The notes under the pieces were generated by a model that ran no database searches, was not told where the DNA came from, and saw only the letters and a program-made list of their open reading frames with translations. Positions 6,979 through 11,442 of a stretch of DNA of 11,442 nucleotides are shown piece by piece. The DNA is from Candidatus Acetothermia bacterium. Its GTDB lineage: Bacteria > Bipolaricaulota > Bipolaricaulia > M55B111. Where the stretch lies: positions 1 to 11,442 of the forward strand of contig JBKGZT010000043.1 of assembly GCA_046543235.1 (NCBI GenBank), given 5' to 3'. The first letter of the stretch is position 1. The number at the start of each line of letters is the position of its first letter. A program made the translations under genes and the position numbers.

Positions 6979-7532
6979 ACAGGATAGTTAAGATGGTCCT
7001 TACGCTGACGGTGCTTGGCTTGATAAGCGGGATTGCTCTTTCCATGGTTTCAAATTACACGGATCCGTTGATAAAACAAAACCAGCAGGAGGCACTGCGC
7101 GAGGCCGTATTTTACGTAATTCAGTCTACCGAGGAATACGAGGAGAGGACGGTTGATGACAAGGTCATTTACGAGAGTTATGGTTCTTCCGGAGACCTGG
7201 AAGGTTATGCCTTTACGGCAAGCGGCGGGGGCTACCAGGGAACGATTGAGCTCATGGTGGGTGTAGGGTCCGAACTAAACGAGGTAAAAGGTATAGAGAT
7301 ACTCGCATCTGAAGAAACGCCGGGTCTCGGTGGGAAAATACGCGGGGAGGACTTCAAGAACCAGTTCAGAGGGCTGGAAGCGGGAAACGGCGTAGGCCTT
7401 GTAAAGTCAGAAAGCCCTGATGAAGGGGAAATTCAGGCCATTACCGGGGCTACGATCTCCTCCAAAGCCGTGGTGGATATAGTTAACAAGGAATTGAGTC
7501 AGGTCAGGGATCTTTTATCCAGGAGTGAGTGA
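6975..7532 (+). CDS. rnfG: Rnf electron transport complex subunit G (FMN-binding)
   Basis: N-terminal membrane anchor, GYQG.I, ETPGLG, flavinylation motif ITGATISS; GTGA overlap with rnfD. Confidence 0.94.
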   Translation: MNRIVKMVLTLTVLGLISGIALSMVSNYTDPLIKQNQQEALREAVFYVIQSTEEYEERTVDDKVIYESYGSSGDLEGYAFTASGGGYQGTIELMVGVGSELNEVKGIEILASEETPGLGGKIRGEDFKNQFRGLEAGNGVGLVKSESPDEGEIQAITGATISSKAVVDIVNKELSQVRDLLSRSE

Positions 7533-7533
7533 G

Positions 7534-8118
7534 ATGATCAAAGAGTTCGTAAAAGGAATTTGGAAGGAAAACCCCGTATTCGTCCAGGTGCTGGGGATGT
7601 GTCCTACTCTGGCGGTGACTACTTCTTTGATCAACGGCCTCTCGATGGGACTGGCGACTACTTTCGTCCTGGTTTCTTCGGGACTGGTCATATCGGCACT
7701 GAGAAAGCTTATCCCCGATCAAGTAAGGATAGCGAGCTTTATGATCATCATTTCATCCTTCGTCACGGTAGTCAAACTCCTCTTCGAGGCCCACATTCCT
7801 GAGATAAGCAGCCAGCTGGGACCTTATCTTCCTTTGATAGTTACGAACTGTATAATCCTCGGCAGGCAGGAGGCCTTCTCTTCGAAACAACCCGTCGGGA
7901 AGACGCTGCTGGATAACTTCGGAATGGGAGTTGGCTTTGTATTTGCTCTGGTCGTACTGGGAAGTGTCAGGGAGCTGTTCTACCAGGGGACGATCGGGGG
8001 AATCGGCATTCTGGGTTCTTGGTACAAGTCGATGATCATCATGGTCCAGCCGGCAGGTGCATTTATAAGCCTTAGCCTGCTGGTTGCCCTTTTCCACCGG
8101 ATATCGGAGAGTGAGTGA
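7534..8118 (+). CDS. rnfE: Rnf electron transport complex subunit E
   Basis: ENP.FVQ.LGMCPTLAVT, IPDQVRI, LPLIVTNCIILGR.E.F, G.VRE, PAGAF. ATG 7534 follows AGGAG (7521-7525); alternative GTG at 7525. Confidence 0.94.
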   Translation: MIKEFVKGIWKENPVFVQVLGMCPTLAVTTSLINGLSMGLATTFVLVSSGLVISALRKLIPDQVRIASFMIIISSFVTVVKLLFEAHIPEISSQLGPYLPLIVTNCIILGRQEAFSSKQPVGKTLLDNFGMGVGFVFALVVLGSVRELFYQGTIGGIGILGSWYKSMIIMVQPAGAFISLSLLVALFHRISESE

Positions 8119-8120
8119 AG

Positions 8121-8699
8121 ATGGAACTTTTCTTTATATTCGTTGCGATAGTCCTTACTCAGAACTTCGTCCTGCATTATTTCCTCGGTATATGTCCTTT
8201 TCTCGGGGTATCGGACGAGATGGAAGGGGCCTTCGGGATGGGAATAGCTACGACTTTTGTCATGACCCTGACGGCTATAATCACATGGAACATAAATACG
8301 TTCATACTGGAAGCCTTCAACGTCGAGTTCCTGGAGTACGTTTCGTTCATACTCGTTATCGCTTCTCTCGTCCAGCTGGTGGAGATGTTCCTCAAGAAGA
8401 ACCTGCCTCGGTTATATGAGACCCTCGGTATTTACCTGCCGTTGATTACGACGAACTGTGCGGTCCTGGGACTGGCCCTTTTCATGGTTTTGAGGGATTA
8501 CGGCTTTGTCGAATCCGCGATATTTGGATTCGGGGCTGGGGTTGGTTTTACGCTTGCACTGGTGATCATGGCCGGAATCCGGGGAGAGCTAAGGGAAGAA
8601 GATATACCCAAACCTTTCCGGGGAACAGGAATTACTTTGCTCGTCGCGGGATTGCTGGCACTTGCATTTATGGGTTTTTCCGGATTGGTTCCAACTTAG
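8121..8699 (+). CDS. rnfA: Rnf electron transport complex subunit A
   Basis: NFVL..FLGICPFLGVS, IASLVQLVE, LGIYLPLITTNCAVLG, LAFMGF. ATG 8121; alternative GTG at 8115 overlapping the rnfE stop. Confidence 0.95.
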   Translation: MELFFIFVAIVLTQNFVLHYFLGICPFLGVSDEMEGAFGMGIATTFVMTLTAIITWNINTFILEAFNVEFLEYVSFILVIASLVQLVEMFLKKNLPRLYETLGIYLPLITTNCAVLGLALFMVLRDYGFVESAIFGFGAGVGFTLALVIMAGIRGELREEDIPKPFRGTGITLLVAGLLALAFMGFSGLVPT

Positions 8700-8708
8700 G
8701 TGAGTGAG

Positions 8709-9554
8709 ATGTTCGGACCGGTAGTAATAATATCAGCAGCCACAATGGCCGGGCTGGGGCTCCTCTTTGCTGGACTACTCGGCTTTGCGCACAATAAGCT
8801 GAAAGTCGAAGAGAACCCCAAGGTCATGGAAATAGAGGAAGTCCTGCCCGGGCTCGATTGCGGCGCCTGTGGTTATCCCGGTTGCCAGCAACTGGCCCGA
8901 GGGGTTGCAGAAGGCGAGGCACCCCCCGATAGCTGCGTTCCAGGTGGAGAAGAAGTAGCGAAGAAGGTTGCCGATGTCCTCGGGATAGAGGTTTCCGCGG
9001 AGTCCGGCAAGGCAAGATTGGCCGTCGTCCACTGCGGTGCAGGTACGGAGGAAAAAAAACGGACGGGGAATTACGAAGGGGTGGAAAAGTGCCGGACGGC
9101 GGAGCTGACGACCGGCGGCGACCTGAAATGCGAATACGGTTGCCTCGGTTACGGTGATTGTGAGGAAGCCTGCCCGTTTGATGCGATAGAAATGGAGGAC
9201 GGTTTACCCGTGGTGGACCCGGACGCCTGTACGGCATGTGGAAACTGCGTCGAAGCCTGTCCGAGGGACATAATTTCGATCGAGGAGGTCGCACTTGCCG
9301 GGGATTTCGTCAAAGTCGCCTGTAACTCCGAAGACGATGGAACGGTTATCAGGGAAAAGTGTGAGGTTGGCTGTATCAGCTGTGGCCTGTGCGAGAAGAT
9401 GGGACCCGAGGGTGTCTTTACGGTCGAGAACGACCTCTCCCGAATGGATTATTCCGAAGTCGACGAGGATTCCGACTTCGATACCATTATCGAAAAATGT
9501 CCGCCGGGCTGTATAATCCGGTTCGAGGGACCGAAAGAGTCTTCAGATTCTTAA
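8709..9554 (+). CDS. rnfB: Rnf electron transport complex subunit B (polyferredoxin)
   Basis: N-terminal TM helix, LPGLDCGACGYPGC...CVPGG, CEYGCLGYGDCEEACP, CTACGNCVEACP, CEVGCISCGLC. ATG 8709 after AGGTGA (8698-8703); alternative GTG at 8700. Confidence 0.94.
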   Translation: MFGPVVIISAATMAGLGLLFAGLLGFAHNKLKVEENPKVMEIEEVLPGLDCGACGYPGCQQLARGVAEGEAPPDSCVPGGEEVAKKVADVLGIEVSAESGKARLAVVHCGAGTEEKKRTGNYEGVEKCRTAELTTGGDLKCEYGCLGYGDCEEACPFDAIEMEDGLPVVDPDACTACGNCVEACPRDIISIEEVALAGDFVKVACNSEDDGTVIREKCEVGCISCGLCEKMGPEGVFTVENDLSRMDYSEVDEDSDFDTIIEKCPPGCIIRFEGPKESSDS

Positions 9555-9577
9555 TTTTTCCCCTACAGGACCACTCC

Positions 9578-10057
9578 ATGAGTGAAGACGTCGAGATAAG
9601 AGAAGGGGTCGTCACGGAGCGCGATCGGAACGGGGTTAAAGTAAAGGTATTTGAAAACCTGGATTGTGATGATTGTGAGGGAACCTGTGGTGGTTCGGAT
9701 AATTCCTTTCCGGTTAGCGCAAACGACCCGATCGGGGTCGTTAAAGGGGATTGGGTTGAGGTCGTGATAAAACCGAGGAGTTTCGGGAAGGTTTCTTTCC
9801 TGGTATTCGGCGTTCCTGCTATTGCCCTGATGTCAGGACTAGGAATTGGGACCCTGGTTAGCGATATCTTCTTCGGGGGTACCTATGATACACCTTTACA
9901 GGGTGGAATATCGGGTTTCCTCTTCCTCCTCAGTCTGATCTGGCTCGTGAGTTACGATAGGACGCTCGCCTCCCGGGAGGACCGGAGAGCGGAGATCAAA
10001 AGACGGTTGGAAAACAATTGCCGGGGAGACATCGACCTGGATACCGGCTCGTACTAA
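9578..10057 (+). CDS. rseC: SoxR-reducing system RseC/MucC family membrane protein
   Basis: EGVV..., CDDC-x3-C cysteine cluster, GDWVEV, then two hydrophobic helices beginning LVFGVP. ATG 9578 after AGGA (9567-9570). This family is commonly linked to rnf/rsx loci. Confidence 0.82.
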   Translation: MSEDVEIREGVVTERDRNGVKVKVFENLDCDDCEGTCGGSDNSFPVSANDPIGVVKGDWVEVVIKPRSFGKVSFLVFGVPAIALMSGLGIGTLVSDIFFGGTYDTPLQGGISGFLFLLSLIWLVSYDRTLASREDRRAEIKRRLENNCRGDIDLDTGSY

Positions 10058-11376
10058 TTTTCTTCGTCTTCCCTTTTTTCGATCTCGGCTTTGCCCTGAA
10101 CTATCCACTGTACCAGCGGGATCTCGCTTGGACAGACGTAAGTACAAGAACCGCATTCACAGCAGGCGGTCGCGTTTAACTCCTCCGCCTTTTCTATATC
10201 ACCGGATTCCACGCTCTTGTAGATTGAGGTAGGTAATAGCCCTGCAGGGCAAACGTCGACGCATTTTCCACACCGTATACATGGTGAAGCTTCTCGCTTC
10301 ACGGCCATTTCTTCCTCGAGAGCCAGAACGCCGGAGGTGCTCTTTACGACGGGGCTTTCCTGGTTTGGCTGCGTCTCTCCCATCATCGGACCTCCGTCTA
10401 TCAGCTTGGCCGCCCCTCCCTTATTTAGACCTCCAAGCTGATCGACCAGGTCGTTCCAGAGCGTGCCCACCTTCACCCGGTAATTACCCGGATTTTTGAA
10501 AGCCCCAGTCGCGGTAACGACTCTTTCGGTCAATGGTTTACCGTATCTTACGGCGTCCCATACTGCGCTGACGGTGCCCACGTTTTGGACTACCACTCCT
10601 ACGTCGAGCGGCAGGCCGTCCAGCGGCACTTCTCGATCCGTTAAAGCCTTGATAAGCGTCTTTTCCCAGCCCTGTGGATACTTGGTGGGCAAAATCGAAA
10701 CCTCCATTTCTTCCTCGGTGAATTCCTCCAGAGCTTCCGCGGCCTCGGGCTTGTTGTCCTCTATCCCGAAATAGATCCTGTTTGCGTCTAGCAAATCGGC
10801 AATCACCCGGGTTCCCTTTACCAGCTTCTCCGGCTCTTCCAGGGTGAGGCGATAGTCAGCGGTCAAGTAGGGCTCACATTCGGCAGCGTTTACTATCAAG
10901 GTGTCAATCTCCACGTCCTCCGGAGGGCTGAGTTTGACGTGAGTTGGGAAAGCAGCTCCTCCCATACCGACGATACCGGCTTCCTGAATTCTATCCAGTA
11001 TCTCGTCGTCGGAGAGGTTTGTCGGATCGGCCTCGTCGAAATCCACTACTGCGTCCTCGCCGTCCGGATTGATCTTTATCCCCTGTACCGTACTTCCCGA
11101 AGGATGGGGAAAATCGCCTATTTCTTCTATTTCGCCGGAAACAGAAGCATGGATAGGGCTCGAGACGAAACCCCCGGCTTCACCGATCTTCTGTCCCTTC
11201 TTAACCCGGTCTCCTTTCTCCACAATTGGCTTCGCAGGGGCTCCGATATGCTGGCTGAGTGGTATCAGGAGACTTCGGGCGGGCTTTAATTTTTCTATCT
11301 TCTCCTCTCTGGTCAGTTTGTTGTCCGTGGGGTGGATACCACCCTGGAAGGTGTTTTTTTTCGTTAGAAGGTTCAA
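10054..11376 (-). CDS. rnfC: Rnf electron transport complex subunit C (NAD/FMN-binding, 2[4Fe-4S])
   Basis: F.GGIHP, QHIGAPA, S.PIHASVSG, GIVGMGGAAFPTHVK, NAAECEPYLTAD, YPQG.EK, GGPMMG, CIRCGKCVDVCP, CCECGSCTYVCPS. TTG start with SD GGAGGTG (11391-11385). Confidence 0.95.
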   Translation of the reverse strand: MNLLTKKNTFQGGIHPTDNKLTREEKIEKLKPARSLLIPLSQHIGAPAKPIVEKGDRVKKGQKIGEAGGFVSSPIHASVSGEIEEIGDFPHPSGSTVQGIKINPDGEDAVVDFDEADPTNLSDDEILDRIQEAGIVGMGGAAFPTHVKLSPPEDVEIDTLIVNAAECEPYLTADYRLTLEEPEKLVKGTRVIADLLDANRIYFGIEDNKPEAAEALEEFTEEEMEVSILPTKYPQGWEKTLIKALTDREVPLDGLPLDVGVVVQNVGTVSAVWDAVRYGKPLTERVVTATGAFKNPGNYRVKVGTLWNDLVDQLGGLNKGGAAKLIDGGPMMGETQPNQESPVVKSTSGVLALEEEMAVKREASPCIRCGKCVDVCPAGLLPTSIYKSVESGDIEKAEELNATACCECGSCTYVCPSEIPLVQWIVQGKAEIEKREDEEN

Positions 11377-11442
11377 TTAAGAGCCACCTCCAGCTTACCC
11401 CCGTCGACCACTCCTTTCAGACCTTCCGTAAGCTCTACCTGC
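11373..11442 (-). CDS. 3' end of an upstream gene (partial), possibly an ApbE FAD:protein FMN transferase
   Basis: Open frame QVELTEGLKGVVDGGKLEVALN* whose TGA (11375-11373) overlaps the rnfC TTG start. The product guess rests only on context and a weak TxGL resemblance to ApbE C-termini. Confidence 0.5.
   Translation of the reverse strand, partial: QVELTEGLKGVVDGGKLEVALN

Noticed and set aside
540..11380. Antisense and alternate-frame ORFs (e.g. 1550-2161, 2615-3067, 4215-4814, 8824-9294, 10939-11289)
   Set aside because: Shadow ORFs of well-supported genes. The Ser/Phe-rich translations are what the reverse complement of Glu/Lys-rich codons gives.
1..11442. CRISPR array, IS/transposase, integrase or defence system
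   Set aside because: No regularly spaced repeats and no such ORFs; nearly all coding space is explained by housekeeping genes.

Overview
Bacterial core-genome window (~50% GC; the soluble proteins look strongly Glu/Asp-rich, which suggests an anaerobic salt-in halophile; this is inference). Left to right: a minus-strand tRNA with a CAT anticodon (probably tRNA-Ile2), divergent from rpsF-rpsR with no ssb between them; dnaX-ybaB/ebfC-recR; a ~310-bp intergenic region that can fold into a ~190-nt structured RNA; a PolX-PHP DNA polymerase; and a complete but oddly arranged Rnf ion-translocating ferredoxin:NAD+ oxidoreductase locus. rnfDGEAB-rseC is on the + strand, while rnfC is on the - strand, convergent, with stop codons overlapping rseC. 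rnfC is translationally coupled to an upstream gene cut off by the window edge, possibly apbE. No mobile element, CRISPR array or defence system is supported. The best leads are the split convergent rnf architecture, a coordinated loss of one RnfB Fe-S cluster, a repeated GTGAGTGA(A)GATG junction motif, and several unexplained structured intergenic elements. All RNA folds were done by eye and need computational checking.
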